Shown here: positions 18,847-30,017 of the stretch, in pieces
Numbering within the stretch: position 1 is the first letter of the stretch
Layout: every line of letters starts with the position of its first letter
Source: Actinomycetes bacterium
GTDB taxonomy: Bacteria > Actinomycetota > Actinomycetes > DATJPE01
Assembly (NCBI GenBank): GCA_031430645.1
Contig: JANPBY010000101.1
Coordinates: forward strand, 6,112-70,111
Length of the DNA: 64,000 nucleotides
Direction of reading: 5' to 3'
Notes under the pieces: generated by a model
What the model was told of the DNA's origin: nothing
Seen by the model: the letters and a program-made list of their open reading frames with translations, nothing else
Database searches by the model: none
Made by a program: the position numbers and the translations under genes

Positions 18847-21384
18847 ATGGGCAAGGCCTCCCTGCGCAACCTGCTGGCCCACAAGGGCCGACTCGCGCTC
18901 TCGCTGCTCGCTGTTGTGCTGTCCGCCGGCTTCGTTGCCGGCACGCTCATTTTCACCGACACGCTCCAGAGTTCGTTCGAGGATCTGTTCGCCGGCACCT
19001 CCAGCGATGTCGTGGTGTCACCTGCCGAGACCGACGCCCCTGGCTCGAACGGCCAAGACGGGTCCACGGTTGCCACGCCCACGGTTCCTGCGGCCACCTT
19101 GGAGACCGTCCGCAGCACCGAAGGCATCGCAGCCGCGTCGGGCGACGTGTTCGTCGATGGCGCCACGATCATCGGCTCCGACGGCGAGGCACTCCTCGGC
19201 AACGGCCCAACCTTTGGGGCCAACTGGGAGCCTGACGAGCGCTTGTCCGCGCTGACCATGGTCGAGGGTGCAGCACCGGTCGGCCCGGGCCAGATGGCCA
19301 TCGACAAGAAAGCGGCCGAGGACGGAGTCCTGGGGATCGGCGACCGGACCTCGGTCGTGACGCCGACCGGTGTGAAAGACGTCACCGTGGTTGGGATCTT
19401 CACCTTCGGAGTCAATGGAAGCCTCAACGGCGCGACGATCGCTGCCTTCGAAACCCCGGTGGCCCAGGAGTTCCTTCTTGACGGTTCGCCCGTCTTCACC
19501 TCGATCTCAGCGGCCGCAGCTTCCGGCGTGACGCAGGAGCAGGCGGCCGCCAACGTCGAGGCGGCCGTCGGGCCGGACTTCAAGGTGCAGACCGGCACCG
19601 AGGCGGAGGATGAGGCGGCCGCAGACATCAAGAGCTCACTAGCCTTTTTCAACTACTTCCTGCTCGCGTTCGCCTTCGTCTCGGTGCTCGTGGGTCTGTT
19701 CCTCATCTTCAATACCTTTGCCATGATCGTGGCCCAGCGCACGCGTGAGCTCGCACTGTTCAGGGCACTCGGCGCCTCGAGGGCCCAGGTTCGCCGAAGT
19801 GTCCTGCTCGAGGCCCTGGTCGTCGGCCTCGTGGGAGCCTTGATCGGTATTCTCGCTGGGCTTGCTCTAGCCGCGGCTCTCCGCTCGCTGTTTGGATTCA
19901 TCGGGCTTGAGTTCTCGGGAACTCTCGTCGTCCAGCCGCGCACGGTGATTGTGGCCCTGGTGGTCGGACTCGGCGCAACCCTGGTGGCAAGTTGGCTCCC
20001 CGCTCGTCGTGCTGCCCGGGTGGCCCCTGTGGCTGCGTTGCGCGACGACATGGTCGTAACGACGAAGGGGCTCCGCCGGCGTGGCATCGGCGGGGTTGTC
20101 GCCGCACTTATCTCAGCCCTGACGCTCGCGGCTGGCTTGACCGCCGAGAAGGTCGGCACTGGCATCAGCCTGGTTGGACTGTCCTTCGTCCTAGCGGTCG
20201 TCGCGCTCATCGTGCTCGCCCCGCTCATCGCAGGTCCCGTGGTGAGAGTTCTCGGATCACCCTTCCGGGGAACTTTCGGGCGGATTGCGGTGGCCAACAC
20301 TCTTCGAAACAGGCGCCGGACCGCGCTCACCGCAGCGGCGCTCATGATCGGGCTCGCCCTGGTGGGTGCGTTCAGCACGCTAGCGATCTCCTTCGGTGAC
20401 TCTGTTGATGCAGCCGTTGACAGCACCGTCGAGGCCGACTTCATCGTCACCAACGCGAACTTCCTGCCAATGCCGACAGAAGTGGGCGACAACCTGTCCG
20501 CAGTCGAAGACATGGCAACGGTGTCGCGCATCCGCTTCGCCCCGGTGGCCTCGTTCGGCCAAAACGGCAACCTCACAGGAGTCGATGCAGCCACGATCAA
20601 CGACGTCACCACCCTTTCGATGACAGCCGGGAGCGCTGACCTGACGACCCCGGGGAGCCTGCTCATCGACACGACCATCGCTACGAATCAGGGCGTGGGG
20701 GTTGGCGACACGGTGGAGCTCACCTTTGCGTCGGGTGAAACGAAGCCCTTCGTCGTCACCGGGGTCTACAGCCCTGAGGGCTTCTTCAGCGGTTTGATCA
20801 TCAGCAACGACGACCTCAACGCTGTGGGCACACCGCCCTTGGACACGGTGATCTACGCCAAGGTGTCTGACGGGGTCGACGCTGCGAGCGTTCGACCTGC
20901 GGTGGATGCCTCCGTGGCCAACAACCCCACGGTCCAGGTCCAGGACCTCACTGAGTTCAAGGACACCTTCCGCGAGCAGATCAACGGATTGCTCTACGGC
21001 ATCTACCTGCTGTTGGCGCTCGCGTTGCTTATCGCCGTGCTGGGCATCGTCAACACGTTGGCTCTCAGCGTCGTCGAGCGGACCCGTGAGATCGGCCTGC
21101 TGCGCGCTATCGGGACCTCGCGACGTCAGCTCCGCCGAATGATCCGGATCGAGTCGCTCGTCACCAGCGTTTTCGGCGCGATCGTGGGTTTGCTCCTAGG
21201 CGTGTTCTTCGGGCAGATGCTGGTCCGCACACTCGCCGACCTTGGGCTCGGGGTCGTCTCGACCCCCTGGTTGAACCTGGTCGTGTTCCTGGTGATCGCC
21301 GCAATTGTGGGGGTTCTGGCCGCGGCTTGGCCGGCCTGGCGGGCCAGCCGGATGGACGTCCTGCAGGCCATCGCCACCGAGTAG
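18847..21384 (+). CDS. ABC transporter permease with duplicated FtsX/MacB-type domains
   Basis: 845-aa protein with two 4-TM FtsX-like blocks separated by large extracytoplasmic domains. It directly follows the ATPase. Confidence 0.85.
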   Translation: MGKASLRNLLAHKGRLALSLLAVVLSAGFVAGTLIFTDTLQSSFEDLFAGTSSDVVVSPAETDAPGSNGQDGSTVATPTVPAATLETVRSTEGIAAASGDVFVDGATIIGSDGEALLGNGPTFGANWEPDERLSALTMVEGAAPVGPGQMAIDKKAAEDGVLGIGDRTSVVTPTGVKDVTVVGIFTFGVNGSLNGATIAAFETPVAQEFLLDGSPVFTSISAAAASGVTQEQAAANVEAAVGPDFKVQTGTEAEDEAAADIKSSLAFFNYFLLAFAFVSVLVGLFLIFNTFAMIVAQRTRELALFRALGASRAQVRRSVLLEALVVGLVGALIGILAGLALAAALRSLFGFIGLEFSGTLVVQPRTVIVALVVGLGATLVASWLPARRAARVAPVAALRDDMVVTTKGLRRRGIGGVVAALISALTLAAGLTAEKVGTGISLVGLSFVLAVVALIVLAPLIAGPVVRVLGSPFRGTFGRIAVANTLRNRRRTALTAAALMIGLALVGAFSTLAISFGDSVDAAVDSTVEADFIVTNANFLPMPTEVGDNLSAVEDMATVSRIRFAPVASFGQNGNLTGVDAATINDVTTLSMTAGSADLTTPGSLLIDTTIATNQGVGVGDTVELTFASGETKPFVVTGVYSPEGFFSGLIISNDDLNAVGTPPLDTVIYAKVSDGVDAASVRPAVDASVANNPTVQVQDLTEFKDTFREQINGLLYGIYLLLALALLIAVLGIVNTLALSVVERTREIGLLRAIGTSRRQLRRMIRIESLVTSVFGAIVGLLLGVFFGQMLVRTLADLGLGVVSTPWLNLVVFLVIAAIVGVLAAAWPAWRASRMDVLQAIATE

Positions 21385-21406
21385 CAGGTAGCCGGGTCGG
21401 CGCGGT

Positions 21407-22075
21407 TCAGTGCTGGCCGGAAGCAACGAGCAGGTCGTCCAGGCGTACGGCCGAAAGGTCAGCCAGCGACTCAACGACGACGCGACCGGGTCCCTCGGCT
21501 ATGGGCACGGCGAAAGGCACCGCGACGACCAGACATCCAGCAGCCTCGCCCGCCGCCACCCCGGTGGGGCTGTCCTCGAGGACCACGCACGAGCTGGGGT
21601 CGACATCGAGGCGGCGGAGGGCTTCCAGGTAGGGGTCGGGGAACGGCTTGGTCCGCTCCACCTCGTCGCCGGCGATGGTGAAGACGAACCGGTCACCTCC
21701 GACAGAGTCGAGCACGGCGTCGACAAGCACGCGTGGCGAGGAACTCACTAGCGCACAGGGGATGCCGGACGTGACCAGGTCCTCCAATAGCTCGTCGGCT
21801 CCGGGCCGGTGATCGGCCCCCGCCTCGAGCAGATCGGCCATCGTGTCGACGAGCAACTGTTGGACTCGCTCCGGATCTCCCTGCCCCCCAGCTCGGTCGA
21901 CCATGTAGCGGGCGACCCGATCGAGGGGACCACCGACCATGGCCTCAGCATCTGAGTCGGCCCACGCGGCGCCCAGTTCGGCCATGACCAGTCGCTCGGC
22001 GGCGAACCACGCGTGTTCGGTGTCGACGAAGAGCCCATCCATGTCGAACAGGACCGCCTGCAGCTGCCCGATCAC
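21407..22075 (-). CDS. HAD-superfamily hydrolase (beta-phosphoglucomutase/phosphatase-like)
   Basis: Motif I VLFDMDGLFVDTE, motif II VSSS and motif IV region. Confidence 0.75.
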   Translation of the reverse strand: MIGQLQAVLFDMDGLFVDTEHAWFAAERLVMAELGAAWADSDAEAMVGGPLDRVARYMVDRAGGQGDPERVQQLLVDTMADLLEAGADHRPGADELLEDLVTSGIPCALVSSSPRVLVDAVLDSVGGDRFVFTIAGDEVERTKPFPDPYLEALRRLDVDPSSCVVLEDSPTGVAAGEAAGCLVVAVPFAVPIAEGPGRVVVESLADLSAVRLDDLLVASGQH

Positions 22076-22093
22076 CTCGCGCCCCTCGTGCGG

Positions 22094-25000
22094 CTATCGG
22101 GCATTGAAGTACTTGGCCTCAGGGTGATGAACGACCAGCGCAGACGTGGACTGCTCGGGATGCAGCTGGAACTCCTCGGAGAGCTCGACACCGATTCGAT
22201 CCGGCCGAAGCAGCTCCATGACCTGGACTTGATCCTCGAGGTCGGGACAAGCCGGATAGCCGAAGGAGTACCGCGAACCCCGATAGGCCTGCCGGAGGAC
22301 CTCATCCAGGTCGCGGGAATCCTCGCCCGCGAAGCCCAGCTCGGAGCGCACCCGTGCGTGCCAATACTCCGCGAGAGCCTCGGTGAGTTGGACTGAGAGC
22401 CCGTGCAGCTCAAGGTAGTCACGGTAGGCGTCGGCGGCGAAAAGTTCGTTGGCCACCTGGCTCACCCGGTTCCCCATGGTGACCACGTGGAAGCCAACGA
22501 CATCGACCTCGCCGGACTCCCGGCTGCGGAAGAAGTCCGACAGGCACAAGTGTCTATCCCGGCGCTGCCTCGGGAACGTGAATCGACAGCGTTCGGTGAC
22601 CCCGTCGTCTTGCAGAACAACGAGGTCATCCCCCTCGCTCCAACAGGGGAAGTATCCATAGACCACGGCAGCCTCGAGCATGCTCTCGGTCTTGACCCGG
22701 TCGAGCCACGAACGAAGCCGAGGGCGGCCCTCGGTCTCGACGAGCTCCTCGTAAGTCGCTCCGCCTTCGCCGCGTCCGGGCTTGAGGCCCCACTGACCCA
22801 AGAAAAGAGCCCGCTCATCGAGCCAGGGCGCATAGTCGCCGATCGCCAGGCCCTTGACGATCCGGTCACCCCAGAACGGCGGTGTGGGAACGGTGTTGTC
22901 GGCGGCTACATCCGAGCGTGCCGGCATGTCCTCAGGCGCGGTCTCGATCGGGCGAGCGACTGCTGCCACCCGGCGCTGTCGTAGCGGCGGCAGCGGTACG
23001 CCTCCTGTGCCGCGCCGGTGCGCGACAAGAGCATCCATCAGGCGCAACCCCTCGAAGGCGTCCCTGGCGTAGCGGACTTCACCGGCATAGACCTCGGCAA
23101 GGTCCTGCTCGACATAGCTCCGGGTGAGGGCCGCGCCCCCAAGCAGCACAGGCCAGCGGGCAGCGATCCCGCGCTGGTTGAGCTCCTCGAGGTTCTCCTT
23201 CATGATCACGGTCGACTTCACCAGCAACCCGGACATGCCGATCACGTCGGCATCGTGTTCCTGCGCCGCCTCGAGGATGGCGCTGATCGGCTGCTTGATG
23301 CCGAGGTTGACGACGGTAAACCCGTTGTTGCTCAGAATGATGTCGACCAGATTCTTGCCGATGTCGTGCACGTCACCCTTGACGGTGGCGAGCACGATCG
23401 TGCCTTTGCCAGCGGCGTCGACCCGCTCCATGTGGGGCTCGAGATAGGCCACCGATGTCTTCATGACCTCAGCGCTCTGCAGGACGAACGGCAGCTGCAT
23501 CTGCCCCGATCCGAAGAGCTCACCAACCGTCTTCATGCCGTCGAGCAGGGTGTCGTTGACGATCTCCAACGCCGGCCTAGTGAGCAGCGCCTCATCGAGG
23601 TCTGCTTCGAGTCCGTTGCGCTCGCCGTCGACGATCCGCCGTTCGAGTCGCTCGAACAAGGGTAGACCGGCGAACTCCTCGGCCCGGCTCTTGGCGGAGG
23701 CCTGCGCCTCGGCGCCCTCGAACAGCTCCAAGAAGCGCTGAAGCGGGTCATATCCCTCACGCCGTCGGTCATAGACCAGGTCGAGGGCCACCTGACGCTG
23801 CTCATCAGGGATTCGCGCCGTCGGCAGAATCTTGGAAGCGTGCACGATCGCAGAGTCGAGCCCGGCCTTGACGGCCTCTGCGAGGAACACCGAGTTCAAC
23901 ACCTGCCGAGCGGCCGGGTTGAGACCGAAGGAGATATTGGACAGGCCCAGCGTGGTCTGCACGTCGGGGTGCCGGCGCTTGAGCTCGCTGATGGCTTCAA
24001 GGGTCTCCAACCCGTCTCGGCGGGTCTCCTCCTGGCCGGTGGCGATCGGGAAAGTCAAGCAGTCGATGAGGATGTCTTGGATGCGCATCCCCCAGACGTC
24101 AGTCAGGTCGGCGATGAGCCGCTCCGCGATGCGCACCTTCCACTCGGCCGTACGTGCCTGGCCGTCCTCGTCGATCGTCAGTGCCACGACCGCCGCACCA
24201 TGCTCGATGACCAACGGCATGATCCGGGCGAACCGAGAGGTCGGACCGTCACCGTCCTCGTAGTTGACGCTGTTGATGAGGGCCCGGCCGCCGAGCAGTT
24301 CGAGTCCGGCTTCGAGCACTGCTGGCTCGGTCGAGTCAAGGACAAGAGGTAGCGTGCTCGCGGTCGCCAGGCGACCCACGACCTCACGCATGTCAGCAAC
24401 CCCGTCTCGACCGACGTAGTCGATGCAGACATCGAGCAGGTGCGCGCCGTCTCGAGTCTGGTCGCGAGCGATCTCGACGCAGGAGTCCCACCGCTCCTCG
24501 AGCATCGCGTCCCGGAAGGCCCGCGAGCCATTGGCGTTGGTGCGCTCACCGATGGAGAGATAAGAGGTGTCCTGCCGGAACGGCACCGTGACGTAGAGAG
24601 AGGCAGCCCCGTGCTCCGTCGTCGGCTTCCGAAGCGGTACGTCTCGGCCGCCTACGCGCTCGACGACCTGACGGAGGTGTTCTGGCGTTGTCCCGCAGCA
24701 GCCACCGACCAGCGCAAGGCCATACTCACGCGTGAAGACGTCGTGGGCGTCAGCGAGCTCTTCTGGAGTCAGGGGGTAGTGCGCACCGTGGGCGCCAAGG
24801 ACGGGCAGGCCCGCGTTGGGCATACAGGAGAGGCCCGCCCGGGCATGCCGCGAGAGGTGTCGCAGGTGCTCGCTCATCTCGGCCGGCCCGGTCGCGCAGT
24901 TGAGGCCGATGAAGTCGATTCCCAGTGGTTCCAGGGCTGTCAGCGCCGCTCCGATCTCTGAGCCGAGCAGCATCGTCCCGGTGGTCTCAACGGTGACGTT

Positions 25001-25579
25001 CACTAGCAAGGGGAGGTCGGCGCCGCGGCCCCGCATGGCCCGCCGTGATCCGATGAGTGCGGCCTTGGCCTGCAGCAGGTCTTGTGCGGTCTCCACGAGT
25101 ATGGCGTCCACTCCCCCGTCAACCATGGCCTCGACCTGCACCTGGTAGGCGTCGCGAAGAGTGGCGAAGGGTGCGTGGCCGAGCGTGGGCAACTTGGTGC
25201 CCGGCCCCACGGAGCCGAGCACCCAGCGGGGCCGATCCGGAGTCGAGTAACCGTCAGCCACCTCCCGCGCCAGTCGTGCGCCCGCCTCGGCGAGTTCACG
25301 GATCCTGTCGGATGCGTCGTACTCGCCGAGGTTGGCGAGATTGGCTCCGAACGTGTTGGTCTCGACACAGTCGACACCAACCGCGAAGTAGGCGTCGTGC
25401 ACCGCTCGGACGACGTCGGGACGGGTGACATTCAGCACCTCGTTGCAGCCGTCGAGGCCCTGGAAGTCCTCCAAGGTCGGGTCCTGGGCCTGCAGCATCG
25501 TGCCCATCGCCCCGTCAGCGACGACCACTCGTTCACTCAGGGCAGTGCGCAGTGCCTTGGCTCGCTCAAGGGGGTCCAT
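22094..25579 (-). CDS. metH: Cobalamin-dependent methionine synthase
   Basis: 1161-aa protein with Hcy-binding, pterin-binding, B12-binding cap (DVHDIGKNLV) and AdoMet-activation domains. Confidence 0.93.
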   Translation of the reverse strand: MDPLERAKALRTALSERVVVADGAMGTMLQAQDPTLEDFQGLDGCNEVLNVTRPDVVRAVHDAYFAVGVDCVETNTFGANLANLGEYDASDRIRELAEAGARLAREVADGYSTPDRPRWVLGSVGPGTKLPTLGHAPFATLRDAYQVQVEAMVDGGVDAILVETAQDLLQAKAALIGSRRAMRGRGADLPLLVNVTVETTGTMLLGSEIGAALTALEPLGIDFIGLNCATGPAEMSEHLRHLSRHARAGLSCMPNAGLPVLGAHGAHYPLTPEELADAHDVFTREYGLALVGGCCGTTPEHLRQVVERVGGRDVPLRKPTTEHGAASLYVTVPFRQDTSYLSIGERTNANGSRAFRDAMLEERWDSCVEIARDQTRDGAHLLDVCIDYVGRDGVADMREVVGRLATASTLPLVLDSTEPAVLEAGLELLGGRALINSVNYEDGDGPTSRFARIMPLVIEHGAAVVALTIDEDGQARTAEWKVRIAERLIADLTDVWGMRIQDILIDCLTFPIATGQEETRRDGLETLEAISELKRRHPDVQTTLGLSNISFGLNPAARQVLNSVFLAEAVKAGLDSAIVHASKILPTARIPDEQRQVALDLVYDRRREGYDPLQRFLELFEGAEAQASAKSRAEEFAGLPLFERLERRIVDGERNGLEADLDEALLTRPALEIVNDTLLDGMKTVGELFGSGQMQLPFVLQSAEVMKTSVAYLEPHMERVDAAGKGTIVLATVKGDVHDIGKNLVDIILSNNGFTVVNLGIKQPISAILEAAQEHDADVIGMSGLLVKSTVIMKENLEELNQRGIAARWPVLLGGAALTRSYVEQDLAEVYAGEVRYARDAFEGLRLMDALVAHRRGTGGVPLPPLRQRRVAAVARPIETAPEDMPARSDVAADNTVPTPPFWGDRIVKGLAIGDYAPWLDERALFLGQWGLKPGRGEGGATYEELVETEGRPRLRSWLDRVKTESMLEAAVVYGYFPCWSEGDDLVVLQDDGVTERCRFTFPRQRRDRHLCLSDFFRSRESGEVDVVGFHVVTMGNRVSQVANELFAADAYRDYLELHGLSVQLTEALAEYWHARVRSELGFAGEDSRDLDEVLRQAYRGSRYSFGYPACPDLEDQVQVMELLRPDRIGVELSEEFQLHPEQSTSALVVHHPEAKYFNAR

Positions 25580-25634
25580 ATTCAGACAAGCCTAACTGCG
25601 CCGCGCGTCGAGGGCTTGGTCGTAGGCTGGCAGC

Positions 25635-25658
25635 GTTGAAGTTGAAGTTGAAGTTGAG
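25635..25658. repeat. Hexanucleotide tandem repeat (GTTGAA)3 plus GTTGAG in the metH/PAC2 divergent intergenic region
   Basis: Read directly from the sequence: cagcGTTGAAGTTGAAGTTGAAGTTGAGgcg. Confidence 0.8.
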
Positions 25659-25685
25659 GCGGATCGAGCAGGAAGCAGGTGTCGT

Positions 25686-26549
25686 GTGATCGAGCTCGAC
25701 GGTGTGCCAGAACTCGTCGATCCGTTGCTCATCGCGGCCTTCGAGGGCTGGAACGACGCAGGCGACGCAGCCACCCAGGCGGTCGAGCACCTCGAGGAAA
25801 CCTGGGCTGCCGACCAGATCGGCGAGCTCGACCCCGAGGACTTTTACGACTTCCAGGTGAACCGGCCTTATGTCTCTCTCGACGAGGCGGGGATGCGGGA
25901 GATCGCTTGGCCGCAGACCCGGATCTCGGTGGCGCGAGTCCCCGGATTCCGCCGTGACATCGTGCTCGTCCGGGGTGTCGAGCCGAGCATGCGCTGGCGC
26001 ACGTTTTGCAGTGAACTGCTCGGCGTCGCTGTCGAGTTGGGCGTGGAGAAGGTCGTGACCCTGGGTGCCCTGCTGGCAGACACCCCGCACACCCGGCCGG
26101 TGCCAGTGACCGGTACGGCAACCGATCCGGGTGTCGCCTTGTCGCTCGGGTTGGAGCAGTCCCGCTATGAAGGCCCTACGGGAATCGTCGGGGTGCTCCA
26201 GGAAGCCTGCTTCCGCATCGGCATCCCAGCGATCTCGGTGTGGGCCGCGGTCCCGCACTACGTCGCGCAGCCGCCCTGCCCCAAAGCTGCTCTGGCGCTG
26301 TTGCGGCGAGTTGAGGATCTCCTCGACATCCCGATTCCACTGGGGGAACTGCCAGAGGAAGCGCGCGCATGGGAGCGCGGCGTCGATGAACTGTCGTCGG
26401 AGGACGACGAGATCGCTGAGTACGTCCGATCCTTGGAGGAGTCCCGCGACACCGCCGAACTGCCGGAGGCCAGCGGCGACGCGATCGCCCTAGAGTTCGA
26501 GCGCTACCTGCGCCGGCGAGGCGACGACTCGGATCCCCGCGCCCGCTAG
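25686..26549 (+). CDS. PAC2 (proteasome assembly chaperone 2-like) family protein
   Basis: 287-aa acidic C-terminal protein with the PAC2 N-terminal block ([16 protein letters not shown]). Position matches Rv2125 next to metH. Confidence 0.7.
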   Translation: MIELDGVPELVDPLLIAAFEGWNDAGDAATQAVEHLEETWAADQIGELDPEDFYDFQVNRPYVSLDEAGMREIAWPQTRISVARVPGFRRDIVLVRGVEPSMRWRTFCSELLGVAVELGVEKVVTLGALLADTPHTRPVPVTGTATDPGVALSLGLEQSRYEGPTGIVGVLQEACFRIGIPAISVWAAVPHYVAQPPCPKAALALLRRVEDLLDIPIPLGELPEEARAWERGVDELSSEDDEIAEYVRSLEESRDTAELPEASGDAIALEFERYLRRRGDDSDPRAR

Positions 26550-27772
26550 GTCGCGACGCCCAAGAGAGCATCCACAGCGCGACTGATCAGACCAGGCCCG
26601 CCGAGGTCTGACCCGCCGCGCACCCGTTGTTCCTCGCACCATCGATCGACAGCCGCGAGTGCGAGCGGCGTTTGAAGGTCGTCAGCGAGCGCTCTCCGCA
26701 TGACCGCGAGGGTGTCCTCGCCGGATGGGCCAGTCGGCGCCGAGACCGCTGAGCGCCATCGACTGAGCCGGGCTTGCGCATCCACAAGTACTTGGTCGGT
26801 CCACTCCCAGTCACTTCGGTAGTGATGGGCCAGCAGGGCCAGCCGGATGGCCATCGGATCCACCCCGGAAGCGCGCAAGTGTGAGACAAAGACCAGGTTT
26901 CCCTTGGACTTCGACATCTTCTCGCCATCCAAGCCAACCATGCCGGAGTGCACATAGGTACGTGCGTACGGCCACTCCCCCGTGACGACTTGTGCGTGCG
27001 ACGCCCCCATCTCGTGGTGGGGGAAGGCGAGGTCTTTGCCCCCGCCTTGGAGGTCGAATCCCATGCCTAGGTGGTCCAGCGCGATCGCTGAACATTCGAC
27101 GTGCCAGCCGGGCCGGCCAGGCCCCAAAGGTGAGTCCCAGGAGGGTTCCCCCGGTCGAGCCGCCAACCACAGGAGGCAGTCCAGCGCGTCCTTCTTGCCG
27201 GTCCGCTCAGGATCTCCCCCTCGTTCGGCGAACAGTGCCAGCATTTCCTGACGATCAATTCCCGCAACTGATCCGAAATGCGGATCGCTACCCACGGCGA
27301 AGTACCAATCCATGTCGACCTGATAGGCCGCGCCCTGGTCACGCAACCGTTCGACCAGGGCCACGACCGAGGGGATCGCTTCAACGGCTCCGACGTACGC
27401 CTTCGGTGGGAGCACCCGCAGAGCGGTCATGTCGTCGTGGAAGCGACGGATCTCGCGGTCGGCAAGGGCCACCCAGTCCTCACCTGTGGCCTTGGCCCGC
27501 TCAAGCAGCGGGTCGTCGACGTCCGTGACGTTCTGGATGTAGTCCACTCGGTGGCCCGCGTCGAGCCAGGCGCGGTGCACCAGGTCGAACGCGACGTAAG
27601 TGTTGGCGTGTCCGCTGTGGGTCGCGTCATAGGGCGTGATGCCGCAGACATACATGCGCGCCGTGTCCCCGGCGGCAACCGGAACGATCGCGTTTGCGGA
27701 GGTGTCATGCAGGCGTAGTGGGTGCCCCTGTCCCGGCAGGTCAGGACAAGAAGGAGCGGGCCAGGGCTGCAT
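26546..27772 (-). CDS. mshC: Cysteine:1D-myo-inosityl 2-amino-2-deoxy-alpha-D-glucopyranoside ligase (mycothiol ligase)
   Basis: [14 protein letters not shown]…[25 protein letters not shown]…KMSKSKGN is the CysRS-like HIGH/KMSKS class I fold with the MshC-type N-terminus. Position matches Rv2130c. Confidence 0.88.
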   Translation of the reverse strand: MQPWPAPSCPDLPGQGHPLRLHDTSANAIVPVAAGDTARMYVCGITPYDATHSGHANTYVAFDLVHRAWLDAGHRVDYIQNVTDVDDPLLERAKATGEDWVALADREIRRFHDDMTALRVLPPKAYVGAVEAIPSVVALVERLRDQGAAYQVDMDWYFAVGSDPHFGSVAGIDRQEMLALFAERGGDPERTGKKDALDCLLWLAARPGEPSWDSPLGPGRPGWHVECSAIALDHLGMGFDLQGGGKDLAFPHHEMGASHAQVVTGEWPYARTYVHSGMVGLDGEKMSKSKGNLVFVSHLRASGVDPMAIRLALLAHHYRSDWEWTDQVLVDAQARLSRWRSAVSAPTGPSGEDTLAVMRRALADDLQTPLALAAVDRWCEEQRVRGGSDLGGPGLISRAVDALLGVAT

Positions 27773-27804
27773 GTCCGCGAGCCTATCCGGCGGACTCTCG
27801 CTCC

Positions 27805-28575
27805 TCAGAACGGTGGCCAGGGCACCGGTGGCCAGTCACCGCGGGGCATCGGAAAGGTGCCAGCGCGCAGGAGCCGGCGCACCCTGAGCCGGGTGCGCGC
27901 GACCTCTCGTGTGGTCACCAAATCGCCCAGCGCGGCGGCGAGCGGGCCGTTGAGCGTGCGGCCGAGCTGCTCGTCGAGACGTTCGAGTACCTCGAGGTGC
28001 TCAAGGGGAAGGGGTTCACCGCGCCACTGCCACAGGAGGGTGCGGAGCTTGTCCTCGTCCGAGAAGGTCACGCCGTGGTCGATTCCCTGCACCCGACCAT
28101 CCCCACGCGGCAACAGATGCCCGCCCTTGCGATCGGCGTTGTTGATCACTGCATCGAGGACGACCATGCGCGCAAGGTCTGGGTGGTCGCTCCGAGCGAG
28201 CACCGACAGGTCAACAGACTCATCGACCTGGACCCACAACTGGCACATCCCTGGCCCGAACGGGCCTTCGCGCAAGACAGTCGGCGGAACGAGGTCCCAG
28301 CCGGACGCTTGCGAAACGACGTAGGTCGCTACCTCGCGCCCGGCGAGTGAACCATCGGGGAAGTCCCAGAGCGGCCGCTCCCCCGCCACCGGCTTGTGCA
28401 CGCAGGTGGCGGATAGCCCATCGAGGGATACCTCGCAGTAGAGCGTCGCGTTGCTCGCGTCAACGAGTCGCCCGATGACCTCAAGCTCACCCTCGCGCAG
28501 CAGCCGCTCGGCATCCTCGCGAGTCAACTGGATGGCGCTGCCCTCAGAAGAGGGGTCCTCAGCCGGCTCGGTCAC
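27805..28575 (-). CDS. SCO1664-family conserved actinobacterial protein (Rv2133c-like)
   Basis: 256-aa protein, first of the conserved trio upstream of Rv2134c/Rv2135c homologues. Identification is by synteny and sequence character. Confidence 0.55.
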   Translation of the reverse strand: MTEPAEDPSSEGSAIQLTREDAERLLREGELEVIGRLVDASNATLYCEVSLDGLSATCVHKPVAGERPLWDFPDGSLAGREVATYVVSQASGWDLVPPTVLREGPFGPGMCQLWVQVDESVDLSVLARSDHPDLARMVVLDAVINNADRKGGHLLPRGDGRVQGIDHGVTFSDEDKLRTLLWQWRGEPLPLEHLEVLERLDEQLGRTLNGPLAAALGDLVTTREVARTRLRVRRLLRAGTFPMPRGDWPPVPWPPF

Positions 28576-28602
28576 GGGACCAGTCTGCCCCGGGCAGCGC
28601 GT

Positions 28603-29160
28603 TCAGGCCCGACGGCGGTAGCCGTTCTGACGTGGACAGATGTGACCCTCGGGCTCGAGCGGGAGCGAGCAGAACGGGCACGGGGGACGTCCGGCAGATA
28701 CAACGGCCAACGCACGCTTGGCGAAGGCGCGCGCCGCAGAGCCTGTGAGCGAGACCCTCAACAGGTCAGGACCATCCTCGTCGTCGTCGAGGTCCACGTC
28801 TTCCTCGCCGGTGACCGCCCCAGCTTCGATGACCACCCGCTCGACGTCCGCGTCCCAGGACAGGGACATGGCGCCGACCCGGAAGTCCTCGGTGACCGGG
28901 TTCTCCAAGGGTCCGAGGTCATCCAGTTCGAGGGGTGACAAGGCCGGCACCGGTGCCGAGCCGCCGCTCCGGCGGAGCACCTCGTCCAGCAGCTCCTCCA
29001 CGCGCTCGGCAAGCACGAGCACCTGCTGCTTCTCCAGTGCCACCGATGTGGTCTGAATGCCCGACCGTGCCTGGAGGTAGAAGGTCCGTTGGCCGGGCTC
29101 GCCCACCGTCCCGACAACGAAGCGTTCGGGCGGGTCGTAGGAGAACACCTGTCGTGACAC
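28603..29160 (-). CDS. DUF3090-like conserved protein (Rv2134c-like) with C-terminal CPFCSLPLEPEGHICP zinc-binding motif
   Basis: The GTG start at 29158-29160 gives VSRQVFSYDPPERFVVGTVGEPGQRTFYLQ…. The longer ORF-track form has an atypical N-terminal extension. Confidence 0.55.
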   Translation of the reverse strand: MSRQVFSYDPPERFVVGTVGEPGQRTFYLQARSGIQTTSVALEKQQVLVLAERVEELLDEVLRRSGGSAPVPALSPLELDDLGPLENPVTEDFRVGAMSLSWDADVERVVIEAGAVTGEEDVDLDDDEDGPDLLRVSLTGSAARAFAKRALAVVSAGRPPCPFCSLPLEPEGHICPRQNGYRRRA

Positions 29161-29242
29161 ACGCCAGAGCCTACGAGACTGATTCGATCCATGGACGCCG
29201 TCACCCCCGCCCTTGGTGGCCACGCTGGCGGCGCCGTCGCGG

Positions 29243-29947
29243 TCAGGACGCGTCGCCGGCGCCGCCTCCGACGGCTGCGTCGCTGGAAGCCTTGGCTCGG
29301 CGCCCGCGCCGCTTTGGGACAGGGCGCAGACTGTCAACCGAGCCGCCCGTGTCGTTCAGTCGGACGACGAAGGGGCGCAGTTCTGTGTAGCGGATGACAG
29401 TCAATGAACACGGGTCGATCTGGATGCGCTGGAACTGGTCGAGGTGCAGGCCAAGGGCGTCGGCCACTATGGCCTTGATCACGTCCCCGTGGGAGACCGC
29501 AGCCCATGTCGCGTGGTCCCCGAACTCGGCACTCCATCCGCGAATGGCGTCCACGGCGCGGGTCTGCATGGCCCGCATCGACTCGCCACCTGGGAAGGTC
29601 ACGGAGCTTGGATGTGCTTGTACGGCCTTCCACAGCGGTTCCTTGGTCAGCGCCTTGAGCTCACGCCCGGTCCAGTCGCCGTAGTGGCACTCCCCCAGCT
29701 GGGGGTCCACGTGCCTTGGGGTCCTACTCAGATCCCGTTCGTTGAGGAGCGCTTCAGCAGTCTCCTGGCACCGCTCGAGTGGGCTGGTCACGACGGCATC
29801 CAATGAGACACTGGCCAGTCGGACGGCAAGAGCCTGAGCCTGCTCCCGACCCTTGTCGTCGAGGGCCACACCTGGCGTCCACCCGGCGAGGGTGCCGGTG
29901 GCATTGGCAGCCGTCCGTCCATGGCGCACCAGCAGGACCAAAGACAT
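29243..29947 (-). CDS. Histidine phosphatase superfamily protein (MSMEG_4193/Rv2135c-like putative phosphomutase)
   Basis: The LVRHGRT N-terminal RHG motif and a later catalytic His (SHGDV). Confidence 0.7.
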   Translation of the reverse strand: MSLVLLVRHGRTAANATGTLAGWTPGVALDDKGREQAQALAVRLASVSLDAVVTSPLERCQETAEALLNERDLSRTPRHVDPQLGECHYGDWTGRELKALTKEPLWKAVQAHPSSVTFPGGESMRAMQTRAVDAIRGWSAEFGDHATWAAVSHGDVIKAIVADALGLHLDQFQRIQIDPCSLTVIRYTELRPFVVRLNDTGGSVDSLRPVPKRRGRRAKASSDAAVGGGAGDAS

Positions 29948-30017
29948 GCGGCGACCCTAACGCCGCCACGCATGTACCTGCCTACTGCGTAGCTTCGCGG
30001 TACGACAGACTGTTGTC

